Shown here: positions 1-10,101 of the stretch, piece after piece
Layout of the letters: every line of letters starts with the position of its first letter
How positions within the stretch are numbered: position 1 is the first letter of the stretch
Assembly (NCBI GenBank): GCA_014762625.1
Contig: JABURQ010000208.1
Coordinates: forward strand, 309 to 64,308
Source of the DNA: Planctomycetaceae bacterium
GTDB taxonomy: Bacteria; Planctomycetota; Planctomycetia; Planctomycetales; Planctomycetaceae
Reading direction: 5' to 3'
Length of the DNA: 64,000 bases
Position numbers and translations under genes: made by a program
Notes under the pieces: generated by a model
What the model was told of the DNA's origin: nothing
What the model saw: the letters and a program-made list of their open reading frames with translations, nothing else
The model's database searches: none

Positions 1-173
1 GTGTCCCCGAATCTTCGGATCTGGAAATCTTGGATTGGCGGTTGGAGTGTCCGGTTTTCCGATTCGAGAAGGTCGGTCAACTTCTCCCATCATGCGAAAT
101 TGTTTAATCTGTCAGAAGAGGCAGTCGATTGGCTGCCGATGTTGCCCTACGACTCTCACACCTACAGGATTGA

Positions 174-1292
174 GTGATGACCCAACGGATTTACAACTTT
201 TCTGCCGGCCCCGCCGTCCTTCCTGAAGCTGTCATTCAGGAAGCGAAGGACAATATGCTCTCCCTCGGTGACACCGGAGTCGGCGTCATGGAACACTCGC
301 ACCGTGGCCCCGCATTGACGGCGGTGTTTGAAGAAGCGGAAGCCCTCTGCCGGCAGATTGCCAACATCCCCGACAATTACCACGTGCTATTCCTGCAAGG
401 GGGAGCGTCGTCTCAGTTCGCGATGATTCCGCAAAACTTCCTCGCCGACGATCAGACCGCCGACTATCTGGTTACGGGTTCCTGGTCGAAGAAGGCGGTC
501 AAGGAAGCCAAGCTGTTCGGGAACGTGCATACTGTCTGCAGCAGCGAGGACACGACCTTCAATTACATTCCCAAGGATCGAAATTACAGCGACAACCCGC
601 GGTACGTACACTTTACGTCGAACAATACGATCTACGGCACACAGTTCGCCACCGAACCGGAAAGTCCGAACGGCGCTCCACTGATCTGCGACGCGTCGAG
701 TGATATTTTCTCGCGACCGATCGACGTCACGAAGTACGGCCTGATTTACGCCGGAGCGCAGAAGAATCTCGGTCCGAGCGGTGTGACGCTGGTCATCATT
801 CGGGACGACCTCGTCCAGCAGGGGAAGGAGGGACTTCCCTCCATGCACATGTACCGCACCCACGCGGATGCGAAGTCGTGCTTCAACACGCCGCCTGCTT
901 TCGGCATCTACATGATGAAACTGGTCTTTCAGTGGATTCTCGATCGGGGCGGGCTCGAAGGAGTCGCCGAAACGAACGCTCGTAAAGCGGGGAAACTGTA
1001 CGACTATCTCGACGGCAGCCATCTGTTCAAACCGACCGCCGAGAAAGAAAGTCGTTCGCAGATGAACGTGACGTTCGTGACGGGAGACGCCGACCTCGAC
1101 AAGGAATTCATTGCCTTCGCCCAAAAACGGGACCTGGACGCGTTGAAAGGTCACCGCAGCATTGGGGGGATGCGTGCGAGTATTTACAACGCGTTCCCGG
1201 AAGCGGGAGTCGATCATCTGATCGACGTGATGAAAGAATTCGAAGCCACACACGCCTCCGCGATCGCCAGTGACAGTTCGGAACAGGCATAA
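174..1292 (+). CDS. serC: Phosphoserine aminotransferase
   Basis: 372-aa ORF. The N-terminus [20 protein letters not shown] plus the HRGP and LFLQGGAS segments are typical of SerC, and the length is right for the family. Confidence 0.9.
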   Translation: MMTQRIYNFSAGPAVLPEAVIQEAKDNMLSLGDTGVGVMEHSHRGPALTAVFEEAEALCRQIANIPDNYHVLFLQGGASSQFAMIPQNFLADDQTADYLVTGSWSKKAVKEAKLFGNVHTVCSSEDTTFNYIPKDRNYSDNPRYVHFTSNNTIYGTQFATEPESPNGAPLICDASSDIFSRPIDVTKYGLIYAGAQKNLGPSGVTLVIIRDDLVQQGKEGLPSMHMYRTHADAKSCFNTPPAFGIYMMKLVFQWILDRGGLEGVAETNARKAGKLYDYLDGSHLFKPTAEKESRSQMNVTFVTGDADLDKEFIAFAQKRDLDALKGHRSIGGMRASIYNAFPEAGVDHLIDVMKEFEATHASAIASDSSEQA

Positions 1293-1293
1293 C

Positions 1294-2067
1294 ATGAGCG
1301 ATGAGGAACAATCTTCCCCGGAAGAAACTCGCGACCTGGCCCACGCCGATGTCGGGATCGTGACGGCGATCCCCATGGAGTTGAACCCTTTTATCGGGCA
1401 GTTGGAAAAACGCCGATCGTACACGGGGGGGAAATTCAAATTTATCGGCGGCACTTTCGAAGACAAGGTAAAAGTCGTCGTCGTTCAGCAAGCGGTCGGT
1501 TTCGCCAAAGCGCGAACCGCCACCCAGGCTTTGATCGACGCTCATACGCCGGACTGGGTTCTTTCCGCCGGTTACAGCGGCGCCCTGCAACCGGAGATGG
1601 GAGTCGGCGATATCGTTGTCGGCAATTCGATCTGCGATCAGCACGGCCACACGATCAAAATCGACATGAACATGGAACCGAATCCGAAGACGGGACTCAG
1701 AGTCGGACGACTGCTTACCGCCGACGAACTGGTCCTCAAAGTGGATGACAAGAGGAAGCTGGGGGAAGAGCATCAAGCCATCGCCGTCGATCTAGAGTCG
1801 CTGGCGGTCGCTCAGGTCTGCAAAGAGTCGCAAACGCGATTCATGGCGATTCGATCGCTCAGTGATGATATGAGCGAAGACCTGCCGAAAGAGATTCTGA
1901 GCTTGATGGGCGAAACGGGGACGATGCGTCTCGGGGCCGCCGTCGGGGCGATCTGGAATCGGGCGTCCAGTATGAAGGATATGTGGCATCTGAGGGAAAA
2001 GGGGATGCATGCTTCGCGGCGTCTGGCGGCGTTCCTGAATATGTTGCTGCCGAAACTGGTCGAATAA
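1294..2067 (+). CDS. Nucleoside phosphorylase superfamily protein (MTA/SAH nucleosidase or futalosine hydrolase-like)
   Basis: The ATG at 1294 lies 2 nt after the serC stop. GIVTAIPMEL, SAGYSGAL and GDIVVGNSI resemble the PNP_UDP_1 fold. Substrate cannot be resolved from sequence. Confidence 0.6.
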   Translation: MSDEEQSSPEETRDLAHADVGIVTAIPMELNPFIGQLEKRRSYTGGKFKFIGGTFEDKVKVVVVQQAVGFAKARTATQALIDAHTPDWVLSAGYSGALQPEMGVGDIVVGNSICDQHGHTIKIDMNMEPNPKTGLRVGRLLTADELVLKVDDKRKLGEEHQAIAVDLESLAVAQVCKESQTRFMAIRSLSDDMSEDLPKEILSLMGETGTMRLGAAVGAIWNRASSMKDMWHLREKGMHASRRLAAFLNMLLPKLVE

Positions 2068-2147
2068 GGAAATGGCATAACGAAATCAGCAGGATGATGA
2101 GTTATGATCGTGATTCAGCCCATCTCAAAACCCAAGGGAGATTTTTG

Positions 2148-2693
2148 ATGAAATTCCTCTATTGCCTCGCCGTTACTTGCTCCGTGTTTGTCTTCTGCTC
2201 CTGTGAAGAGATCGATCCTCCGGAAAATACGACGGTCCAACAGCAACAGCCGACACCGGTCAACGCTCCCCCCGGCAATGCGGCTCCCGAGGAAGATAAA
2301 TCGGGAATCCTCGGGAAAACGACGGCGGAGATTGTCGATGCGAAAAAGGCAATGTCCGAGAACCCCAATTTGAAGGTCATGGAAACCACAAGCCTGGGAG
2401 GTGACCCGCTCACTCAGGGCGCCAATGCCGCGATTTACATTCCGTCACGCATTTTGATGCTGAATATGCAGAACACGCTGAAGCAGTTCCGGGCTCTCAA
2501 CGACCGTTGGCCGAACTACGCCGAATTCATGGATATCGTCAAGCAGAACAACATCCAGTTCAACATGCTGAAACGCTGGCAGATGTACGGATACGACTCC
2601 GAGAAAGGAGAAATGCTGATTCTTCAGGATGAAGCCAAAAAGAAAGCCGCCTACGAGAAAGCGGGCATCGATTACGAGCCCGGCAAGCTGTAG
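2148..2693 (+). CDS. Secreted protein or possible lipoprotein, function unknown
   Basis: Internal ATG at 2148 preceded by GGGAG. Signal-like N-terminus MKFLYCLAVTCSVFVFCSC. No recognisable domain. Confidence 0.5.
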   Translation: MKFLYCLAVTCSVFVFCSCEEIDPPENTTVQQQQPTPVNAPPGNAAPEEDKSGILGKTTAEIVDAKKAMSENPNLKVMETTSLGGDPLTQGANAAIYIPSRILMLNMQNTLKQFRALNDRWPNYAEFMDIVKQNNIQFNMLKRWQMYGYDSEKGEMLILQDEAKKKAAYEKAGIDYEPGKL

Positions 2694-2729
2694 AGAGTGT
2701 GTGAGTGTCGAATGCAGTCAGAACGGGAG

Positions 2730-4130
2730 TCAGCACTCCGTGACGTTCACGGCTAGGCCTCCACGTGACGTCTCTTTGTAGCGGGATGACATATCGGCTC
2801 CGGTCTGTTTCATCACTCGGATAACGCGATCGAGCGAGACGAAGTGTTTGCCGTTGCCGCGGAGAGCGAGTCGGCAGGCGTTGATCGCTTTGACGGCTCC
2901 CATTGCATTCCGTTCGATGCAAGGAACCTGGACTAAACCTTTAATCGGATCGCACGTGAGCCCCAGATTATGTTCCATACCGATTTCCGCCGCTTCCTCG
3001 ACCTGTGAGGGAGTACCTCCCAACACTTCAGCCAGCGCTCCCGCCGCCATCGAGCAGGCGACTCCCACCTCTCCCTGGCAACCGACTTCGGCACCGGAGA
3101 TCGAGGCGTTAATTTTATACAGAGCTCCAATGGCTCCCGCCGTCAGCAGGAACTGCTCGATTTTGTGAGGCGTGCAATCACAGAAACGATCGAGGTAATG
3201 AAGGACCGCAGGAATGATCCCCGCCGCTCCATTTGTCGGAGCGGTGACGACACGACCGCCGGCGGCATTTTCTTCATTCACCGCCAGAGCATACAGATCG
3301 ACCCAGTCAAGGATATTGAGCGGGTCGTTCTGCCAGGAACCGTCCCGGTCATTGAGTTTCTGATAGAGACGCGGAGCCCGACGTTCGAGGTTAAGACCGC
3401 CCGGCAGGATACCTTCTCTGCGGCAGCCGCGCGTCACGCACTGCTGCATCGTGTGCCAGATGTGTTGTAATTTCTCGCGAACTTCCTGTTGGGGACGCAG
3501 GGTGGATTCATTTTCCAACGCAATATCACTGATGGAGCAATTTTGTTGGTTCGTAAAATCCAGGAGTTCTTTAGCCGATGTGAAGGGGTAGGGGACGAGA
3601 GTGGAGTGCTCCGTCGATCCAATGGGTTCGTCCTCGGTGACAACAAAACCGCCGCCAATCGAAAAGTAAGTGGCGGTGTGGAGAGGAGTCTTAGCGGTAC
3701 GATCGGCGAAGGCTGTGAACCGGAGCCCGTTGGGGTGAGTCTTCAGGAATGTCGTTCGATGGAACAGCAGGTCTTCGGATTCCTCGAATACAATTTCCCG
3801 CTCAGATCGGAGTCGCAATGTTTTTTGTGAACGAATTGCGGACACCTTTTCGTGGATGGTTTCCGGATCGACCCGATCGGGTGTTTCGCCCATGAGTCCC
3901 AGCAGAATTGCCGTATCGGTGCCGTGACCGATTCCGGTGAGGGCGAGTGAGCCGTACAGGTCAACGATGATGCGTCCCGTTTGTTCGAAATATCCGGCTG
4001 TGGTTAACTCCTCGAGAAAACGTGCCGCGGCATACATCGGTCCCACGGAATGCGAACTCGACGGTCCGATCCCGATCTTAAACAGATCGAAAACGCTGAC
4101 ATATGGCTGGGAGACATTGGAATTCATCAC
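2730..4130 (-). CDS. sdaA: L-serine ammonia-lyase (single-chain Fe-S L-serine dehydratase)
   Basis: 466 aa. The N-terminal [22 protein letters not shown] signature and the fused alpha/beta architecture fit the family. Confidence 0.9.
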   Translation of the reverse strand: MMNSNVSQPYVSVFDLFKIGIGPSSSHSVGPMYAAARFLEELTTAGYFEQTGRIIVDLYGSLALTGIGHGTDTAILLGLMGETPDRVDPETIHEKVSAIRSQKTLRLRSEREIVFEESEDLLFHRTTFLKTHPNGLRFTAFADRTAKTPLHTATYFSIGGGFVVTEDEPIGSTEHSTLVPYPFTSAKELLDFTNQQNCSISDIALENESTLRPQQEVREKLQHIWHTMQQCVTRGCRREGILPGGLNLERRAPRLYQKLNDRDGSWQNDPLNILDWVDLYALAVNEENAAGGRVVTAPTNGAAGIIPAVLHYLDRFCDCTPHKIEQFLLTAGAIGALYKINASISGAEVGCQGEVGVACSMAAGALAEVLGGTPSQVEEAAEIGMEHNLGLTCDPIKGLVQVPCIERNAMGAVKAINACRLALRGNGKHFVSLDRVIRVMKQTGADMSSRYKETSRGGLAVNVTEC

Positions 4131-4239
4131 GCCTGTTTCGTCGCGAATAAGAGTGAGTCATGCATGCAGGGAGTTTGTTCCTTCAGATTACCCAATCGTT
4201 GCGGCAAGTCTAACCTCTCGATCAGAAAATCCGCTAGTC

Positions 4240-4776
4240 TCAATTGGTTGCGATGACGTCATACATAGCGCCGGATTCGGAGAGACGACTTTGAAAAAGG
4301 GAGATCTGGTGGACTTCAAAGCTCGGAAGAGAAAATTTCTGATGTGCTTGAATGTGGGCTTCAATAAAATCCAGGTTAGCAGATGCTTTAATTCGAGCCA
4401 GGGTGATGTGAGGATGGAAACGACGTGATTCCGGCTTAAAACCGATGGCTTCAGTGAGTCGATGACCGAGGTTGCTGTGAAGGTCTGAAAGTTGCCGGCT
4501 CTCATCGATTCCCGTCCAGAGGACACGCGGCGGTTTTCCATGGGGAAAGGTGCCGAGACCTCGGAGAGAGAGCGGGAAGGATTGAAATTGGGTCGATTTA
4601 ACCACCGAGATGACGGAATCGAATTGTTCGTCCGAGAGTTCGCCCAGATAGTGGAGCGTGAGATGAATGTGCTCGGGGCTGACGCGTTTGATTCCCTTTC
4701 CACCGGGAGGGCGGAGTTCCGCTAGTGAGGTTCGAGTTGATTCGGGAGGGACAATGGCCAGGAAATAACGGGACAT
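4240..4776 (-). CDS. thpR: RNA 2',3'-cyclic phosphodiesterase (2H phosphoesterase, LigT/ThpR)
   Basis: Two H-x-T/S-x motifs (HLTLHYLG and HPHITLARI). I chose the start at MSRYFLAIVPP (178 aa) rather than the 243-aa ORF extension. Confidence 0.75.
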   Translation of the reverse strand: MSRYFLAIVPPESTRTSLAELRPPGGKGIKRVSPEHIHLTLHYLGELSDEQFDSVISVVKSTQFQSFPLSLRGLGTFPHGKPPRVLWTGIDESRQLSDLHSNLGHRLTEAIGFKPESRRFHPHITLARIKASANLDFIEAHIQAHQKFSLPSFEVHQISLFQSRLSESGAMYDVIATN

Positions 4777-4899
4777 GACGTTTGGTGATGAGCGAGTAAA
4801 GGACCGGGCCGACATTGTGCGAGTGGGGTCCTGTGCAGGTAGAGGGTGTAGGATCTCTTCAAGAATTGGCAAAGAGCAGTTTGAATCAGTAATTGATGT

Positions 4900-4933
4900 A
4901 AAAAACGACCTTCCCCGAAATCGAGGAAGGTCG
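4900..4933 (-). terminator. Rho-independent terminator downstream of glnII
   Basis: The minus-strand RNA reads CGACCUUCC-(10 nt)-GGAAGGUCG, a perfect 9-bp stem, followed by UUUUUU. It lies 67 nt after the glnII stop. Confidence 0.65.
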
Positions 4934-4999
4934 CCTGGAGGTATGAGACCTGCTTCCCTGCAAGTCGCCATGCTAGTACTTTCATTGTGTCGCTGAGGC

Positions 5000-6001
5000 T
5001 CAGACAGTCACACCTTTGACGGTGTTGACGACGCGTGCGGCGACGCGGTAAGGATCGGCGTTCGAAGCCGGACGACGGTCTTCGAGGTAGCCTTTCCAGC
5101 CGTCCTGAGCGGTGGCGATCGGAATGCGGATGGAAGCGCCGCGGTCCGAAACACCGTAGCTGAATTTTTCAATCGACTGCGTTTCGTGCAAGCCGGTCAG
5201 ACGTTGTTCGTTGTCCGAACCGTACTCACCAATGTGAGCATCGTGGACCGCACCGAATGCTTCACAGATCGCTTTGATCATGTCTTCGCCACCTTTATCG
5301 CGAATATCGGTATTCGAGAAGTTGGTGTGCATACCGCTTCCGTTCCAGTCGCCTTTGATTGGTTTCGGATGCAATTCGATGTGCAAGCCGTAGTTTTCAG
5401 CAACTCGTGCAAGCAGGTAACGAGCAATCCAGAGGTGGTCGGCGGCTTCTTTGCCTTTGCCAAACAATTGGAATTCCCACTGACCCTTCATCACTTCGGC
5501 GTTGATACCGGTGACTTTGAGTCCGGCAGCGAGGCACTGATCGAGGTGTTCTTCGACCAGCTCGCGACCGACACAGTTTTCAATTCCGACCGAACAGTAG
5601 TAAGGACCTTGCGGACCGGGATAGCCATCTTTGGGGAAGCCCAGAGGAGCGTTTCCGTCCATGATGGTGTATTCCTGCTCGAAACCGAACCAGAAATCAT
5701 CATCATCTTCAAATTTCGCCCGAGTGTTCGAGACATGCGGATTGCCTTCGGCATCCAGAACTTCGCACATCACGAGGAACCCATTGTTACGTGCCGTATC
5801 CGGAACGATACAAACGGGCTTCAAGAGACAATCCGAAGAACCCCCTTCGGCCTGCTCGGTGGAACTTCCATCGAATGACCACATGGGGCAATCATCGGCA
5901 GAAGCAGGGGCACTGCTGACAATCTTGGTCTTGCTTCGCAAATGCGGTTCAGGCTTGTAGCCGTCGAGCCAAATATACTCGAGCTTGTAACTTTCACTCA
6001 T
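5000..6001 (-). CDS. glnII: Glutamine synthetase type II (eukaryote-like GSII)
   Basis: 333 aa. The N-terminus KLEYIWLDG...LRSKTK and the overall length are typical of GSII, not GSI. An AGGAG Shine-Dalgarno precedes the ATG. Confidence 0.85.
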   Translation of the reverse strand: MSESYKLEYIWLDGYKPEPHLRSKTKIVSSAPASADDCPMWSFDGSSTEQAEGGSSDCLLKPVCIVPDTARNNGFLVMCEVLDAEGNPHVSNTRAKFEDDDDFWFGFEQEYTIMDGNAPLGFPKDGYPGPQGPYYCSVGIENCVGRELVEEHLDQCLAAGLKVTGINAEVMKGQWEFQLFGKGKEAADHLWIARYLLARVAENYGLHIELHPKPIKGDWNGSGMHTNFSNTDIRDKGGEDMIKAICEAFGAVHDAHIGEYGSDNEQRLTGLHETQSIEKFSYGVSDRGASIRIPIATAQDGWKGYLEDRRPASNADPYRVAARVVNTVKGVTV

Positions 6002-6168
6002 CGTCTAGGGTCTCCTGGTGTTAACTCTCAACCTGGCACGTCTTGATACGGTCTCACGCTGATCGCATCAATGAATCAATGTTTCGCGACGTGTGTTTAT
6101 GAAATTTGACGACCGAATCGCGAGGTATCATCGATTGAATGGTCGTATGGGGTTGTACTTATAAATAC

Positions 6169-6184
6169 AGCAAGCACTGAGCCA
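6169..6184 (-). promoter_or_regulatory. Putative sigma-54 (-24/-12) promoter for glnII
   Basis: The minus strand reads TGGCTCA-GTGC-TTGCT, with exact TGGCACG-N4-TTGCW spacing and the invariant GG and GC conserved. It is about 165 nt upstream of the glnII ATG, and rpoN is encoded in this window. Confidence 0.45.
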
Positions 6185-6272
6185 GAATCTCGAACTCTGA
6201 AAGAGAATCGCCATAAGTTCCGATTTCATAGTAGAATATCGCAATGAAAAATTTTCAAGTCCTGATTCTGAG

Positions 6273-6306
6273 AAGCAGGTGTGCTTGAGAAGCAGGCAGT
6301 CTGCTT
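6273..6306. promoter_or_regulatory. Two dyad-symmetric sites; candidate enhancer (bEBP/NtrC-type UAS) and/or pdxJ 3' hairpins
   Basis: AAGCA-GGTG-TGCTT (6273-6286) and AAGCAG-GCAGT-CTGCTT (6290-6306) are embedded in an 11-bp direct repeat TGAGAAGCAGG (6269-6279 and 6286-6296). Their centres fall at about -121 and -140 relative to the predicted sigma-54 start. Confidence 0.35.
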
Positions 6307-7021
6307 AATCAGTGATCAGCTTCTTCATTTCACGGACGGCATTCTCCATTCCCACCATCACTGCTCGGGCCACAATGCTGTGTCCTATGTTGAGCTCTTC
6401 GACCGAGGGAATCGCAGCGATCGGTGTGACGTTACGGTACGTTAGCCCATGTCCCATGTGCAATTGTAATCCCAAACTGGTCGTAACCTCTCCAGCTTGC
6501 CGTAAAATATGTAGCTCGTTGGCTTGATCATTTGGAGTTTCTGCGTCGGCATAACGCCCCGTGTGGAGTTCGATAGCGTGAACGCCGAGCTGTTTTGAAG
6601 CCTCGATTTGCGCTTCGTCGGGATCGATGAAGAGAGAGACCTCAATACCGACAGCCATGAGTTGATCCACGCATGTTTTGACGCGGTCGCGATTGGCAAT
6701 GACGTCTAGCCCGCCTTCCGTGGTAACCTCTTCTCGTTTCTCGGGTACCAGGGTCACTTTCGCCGGTTTCACGTCCAGCGCGATGTCGGTGATTTCCTGC
6801 TCCGCGGCCATTTCGAGATTCATGCGAACCTGCACCGTCTCTTTCATGACTCGGAGATCGCGGTCCTGTATGTGACGTCGATCCTCGCGCAGGTGAAGTG
6901 TGATGCCGTCAGCACCGCCGATCTCTGCAAGAACCGCTGCCCAGACTGGATCAGGTTCTATGGTTCGGCGCGCCTGTCGGACGGTCGCGACGTGATCGAT
7001 ATTGACGCCCAGAAGAGCCAT
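6305..7021 (-). CDS. pdxJ: Pyridoxine 5'-phosphate synthase
   Basis: 238 aa. The N-terminus [18 protein letters not shown] and HLREDRRHI are hallmark PdxJ segments. Confidence 0.9.
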   Translation of the reverse strand: MALLGVNIDHVATVRQARRTIEPDPVWAAVLAEIGGADGITLHLREDRRHIQDRDLRVMKETVQVRMNLEMAAEQEITDIALDVKPAKVTLVPEKREEVTTEGGLDVIANRDRVKTCVDQLMAVGIEVSLFIDPDEAQIEASKQLGVHAIELHTGRYADAETPNDQANELHILRQAGEVTTSLGLQLHMGHGLTYRNVTPIAAIPSVEELNIGHSIVARAVMVGMENAVREMKKLITD

Positions 7022-7132
7022 ATGATGAGTACGCCTTGTGATGCAGGGAATGATTCTGACAACATACTACGAGAGTGACAAAACGGTTACAATTGCGGTT
7101 CACATTCGTCACAGAGATAGGGAAATACCACG

Positions 7133-7369
7133 ATGCAGGTGGATCGAAATCAAATTCTGATGGGCTACGCGATTGCTCTGGTTTGTTTGGTCGGTCTGAT
7201 CTACTCCCGTTGGTTTCTCAACAGCACCCGGAAGGGACGTTGGCTGATGATCAAATTTGGCCCTGTTTATGGAATGTGGGTTTTGCGGGGCCTGTTTGCG
7301 GCAGGTATCGCGTTAGGGATCGCTCTGGCTCAGGACTGGATCCGTTCCCTGGAATTGCTGGGGCTATGA
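7133..7369 (+). CDS. Small predicted membrane protein (hypothetical)
   Basis: 78-aa ORF with two hydrophobic helices. It fills the pdxJ-mtd gap and overlaps the mtd stop by 6 nt. There is no homology evidence. Confidence 0.3.
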   Translation: MQVDRNQILMGYAIALVCLVGLIYSRWFLNSTRKGRWLMIKFGPVYGMWVLRGLFAAGIALGIALAQDWIRSLELLGL

Positions 7370-8230
7370 CTTCAACAGTGATTCCCCAATGCCGTATATT
7401 TCTTCGGTGCTGAAAACCTGATCGTTGGCCAAAAACAATTGCTCGACGGCGGCTTTGTGAATCTTCATTTTGAGACCGCCGACTCCGATCGCTCCATAAC
7501 AGAGGCAATCAAGTTTTTCGAAGGCTTTGTCCATCACTTCGATTCCTCCGAGACCTGTCGGGGGGACAGCATTCAGGTCCACAGCCACTTTCAAAGACAT
7601 GATCTGCTGCAGGTGATCTGCTTCGATGAATTGAACCCCCGCAGCCCCTGCCGCAATCAGCAGAGAACTTCCTTCCAATTCGGAGGCCAACTCAGCGCTC
7701 GGCTTCAATTCGCACGGCTCCAGCGTTGCTCCGGGAGACTTCTCCTGAATCAGGCGACAGGTCGATTCCGCTCGACTCAAAGAGCGCGAATAAAGTTTTA
7801 CGGTGGCTCCGCGAGCTGCCAGTAATTCCGCGGCCCGTTGTCCGACTGGTCCGGTTCCTCCCAAAATAGCCGCAGTCGTATTGTCGAAATCGAGATGTTG
7901 GCCGGCGGATAGGACCGCAGCCGCGGCAGTGGTGTTGGACCCATTGGAATCCATCATGACGGAGACACTGACGGGGCCGAAGAAGGTGTCAGTGACTGTT
8001 TCCAGCAATTCCTCTCCCTCATGCACGTTGCTACCGCCGATGAAGATGGCGGTGTTTTGCAGCTGCTTTGGTCCGCGTGTGAACATCGCCCCATGAACCA
8101 ATCCGGTGACGTTTTCGGGAGTGATGCCGCTGTACGAGAACAGTTCATCCACCCCCGCATCGACGGCGACCACGCGATCGAACGTGCTGGGATGTGTATC
8201 GGTATCGAGTTGGATCAGAATCTTTTTCAT
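7364..8230 (-). CDS. NAD(P)-dependent methylene-tetrahydromethanopterin dehydrogenase (MtdA/MtdB/MtdC family)
   Basis: From MKKILIQLDTDTHPSTFDRVV the protein is 288 aa. FDTD, AIFIGG and MMDSNGSNTTAAA match the Mtd family closely. The first 13 codons of the ORF were trimmed. Confidence 0.85.
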   Translation of the reverse strand: MKKILIQLDTDTHPSTFDRVVAVDAGVDELFSYSGITPENVTGLVHGAMFTRGPKQLQNTAIFIGGSNVHEGEELLETVTDTFFGPVSVSVMMDSNGSNTTAAAAVLSAGQHLDFDNTTAAILGGTGPVGQRAAELLAARGATVKLYSRSLSRAESTCRLIQEKSPGATLEPCELKPSAELASELEGSSLLIAAGAAGVQFIEADHLQQIMSLKVAVDLNAVPPTGLGGIEVMDKAFEKLDCLCYGAIGVGGLKMKIHKAAVEQLFLANDQVFSTEEIYGIGESLLKS

Positions 8231-8247
8231 GATGGTCTCTCGGTGAT

Positions 8248-8285
8248 CAACAAAAACACCCCCGCCCATTGTGGACGGAGGTGTT
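8248..8285 (-). terminator. Strong intrinsic terminator/attenuator between fae and mtd
   Basis: The minus-strand RNA reads AACACCUCCGUCC-ACAAU-GGGCGGGGGUGUU (13 bp including 2 G.U pairs) followed by UUUGUUGAU. It ends about 18 nt before the mtd ATG. Confidence 0.65.
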
Positions 8286-8313
8286 GAACATTCTCAAACG
8301 GTTGGCCAGCCGA

Positions 8314-8811
<498 letters not shown>

Positions 8812-8996
8812 GGATGATTCTCCTCGAATTGTGTTGCGACAAAAGGGTGTGTAGACAACTTTGTGGTCTGTAACGTGACGGTGTATCCAGGAGCCAATCC
8901 GCACGTCTGTATTCGTAAGTGCCTGTGATACCAGTTCAAACGGTCGATTTCCAGTCTCTCTCTGGAAAATGGTGGGAGTCTGGAGAATTCGAGAGA

Positions 8997-9289
8997 TCAC
9001 TCCCAGCGAGCCGATAATCTGCGCAAGTCGGAGAGCGTGATACCGGCGATGAGAAACTTCTTGAGAGGAGTTGTCTGGCCGGAAATGATTGAAATCTGTG
9101 ATTTTGGCAAGTTGAGTTCCTGCGCCATCAACTTGACGATTGCCTGATTCGCTTTCCCCTTTTCGGGAGCTTGCGTGACGGCGACTTCAGCATGCCGTCA
9201 TGAGTGCCCGTGATGGCGTTGCGGGCGGCTCCGGCCCGAGCCTTGACAGTAACGAGGATTCCATCGGGAGTATCTTCGAGATCAATCAC
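8997..9289 (-). pseudogene. yggU: DUF167 (YggU-family) gene interrupted by a 1-nt frameshift
   Basis: The GTG start overlaps the yggS stop (GTGA). The first frame gives [36 protein letters not shown] second frame then gives [46 protein letters not shown]...RWE*. The span is 293 nt, which is not a multiple of 3, and one G is missing at about 9184/9185 (AAG-GTC). Confidence 0.7.
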
Positions 9290-9984
9290 GCCAAACCTTC
9301 AAATAATGCGCTTCCGACTCGAATATGAGTCGCTCCTTCTTCAATACCCACTTCGAAGTCGCCGCTCATCCCGATCGAGAGAGATGTGAACGGTTTCTGG
9401 TCGGCGTGGCTCGAATTGAGTCGCTGTTGAATCTCTCGGAGTTCACGAAAATACGGACGGGCCATTTCCGGGTCTTCCGCATAGGGAGCCATTCCCATCA
9501 ATCCGAGCACTTTTACGTGAGGAGATGTTTCAAGCGTTGGTAAAAGTTTTGAGAGATTTTCCGGCGTAAAGCCATGTTTGGCTTCTTCACGGGAAATATT
9601 GACTTCGATGAATACACGCGCGAGGATATCCAATTCACCCGCCAAGCGGTCAATACGTTTCATCAGTTTGAGCGAATCGACGCTATGAATGATGGCCTCC
9701 GTCTCCAGAACCGGGCGAACTTTGTTCCGTTGCAGGTGGCCGATCATATGCCAGATGACAGACTTCGGCAGTTGTTCGCAACGTTCCGCGAGTTGTTGCG
9801 GGCGACTTTCACCCAGATGAAGTTGGCCGAGATCGATGAGAGCCTTGACCCAGTCCAGATCTGCGTATTTCGTGACCGCCACCAATTGAATCTCAGCGGG
9901 ATCCCGGTCGCACCGTTCGCACGCCGACGAGATCCTCTGTTTCACACGTGCCAGGTTTTCAGAAATCGTATGGGAAATCGGCAT
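9286..9984 (-). CDS. yggS: YggS-family pyridoxal-phosphate homeostasis protein
   Basis: 232 aa. LVAVTKY (the PLP lysine), GHLQRNK and SIGMSGD are the canonical YggS/PROSC motifs. Confidence 0.85.
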   Translation of the reverse strand: MPISHTISENLARVKQRISSACERCDRDPAEIQLVAVTKYADLDWVKALIDLGQLHLGESRPQQLAERCEQLPKSVIWHMIGHLQRNKVRPVLETEAIIHSVDSLKLMKRIDRLAGELDILARVFIEVNISREEAKHGFTPENLSKLLPTLETSPHVKVLGLMGMAPYAEDPEMARPYFRELREIQQRLNSSHADQKPFTSLSIGMSGDFEVGIEEGATHIRVGSALFEGLA

Positions 9985-10101
9985 GTCGGAAGAAATCGTT
10001 CAGAGGTACAGAAATTGAACATTCATTATAGGAGCTATGAGAGGAAAGCCTACTCATCAAATAACCTCTGAAGAAATTAGGGAACAGCTATGAGAGTCAG
10101 G

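Noticed and set aside
387-1466. 359-aa minus-strand ORF antisense to serC. Similar long antisense ORFs occur at 5186-5878, 13654-14169, 14203-14853, 48883-49431 and 62704-63333.
   Set aside because: Each lies entirely inside a gene with strong family signatures on the other strand and translates to low-complexity R/S/P-rich sequence. These are typical shadow ORFs.
6040-6060. TGGCAC on the plus strand (TGGCACGTCTTGATA) as a sigma-54 promoter
   Set aside because: It lacks GC at the -12 position with correct spacing and points away from any plus-strand gene. The convincing -24/-12 match is on the minus strand at 6169-6184.
8812-9000. N-terminal extension of the fae ORF (228 aa versus 166 aa)
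   Set aside because: Fae homology begins at MSFYVGE, which has its own GAGGAG Shine-Dalgarno. The extension overlaps the 3' end of the DUF167 gene and has no Fae-like sequence.
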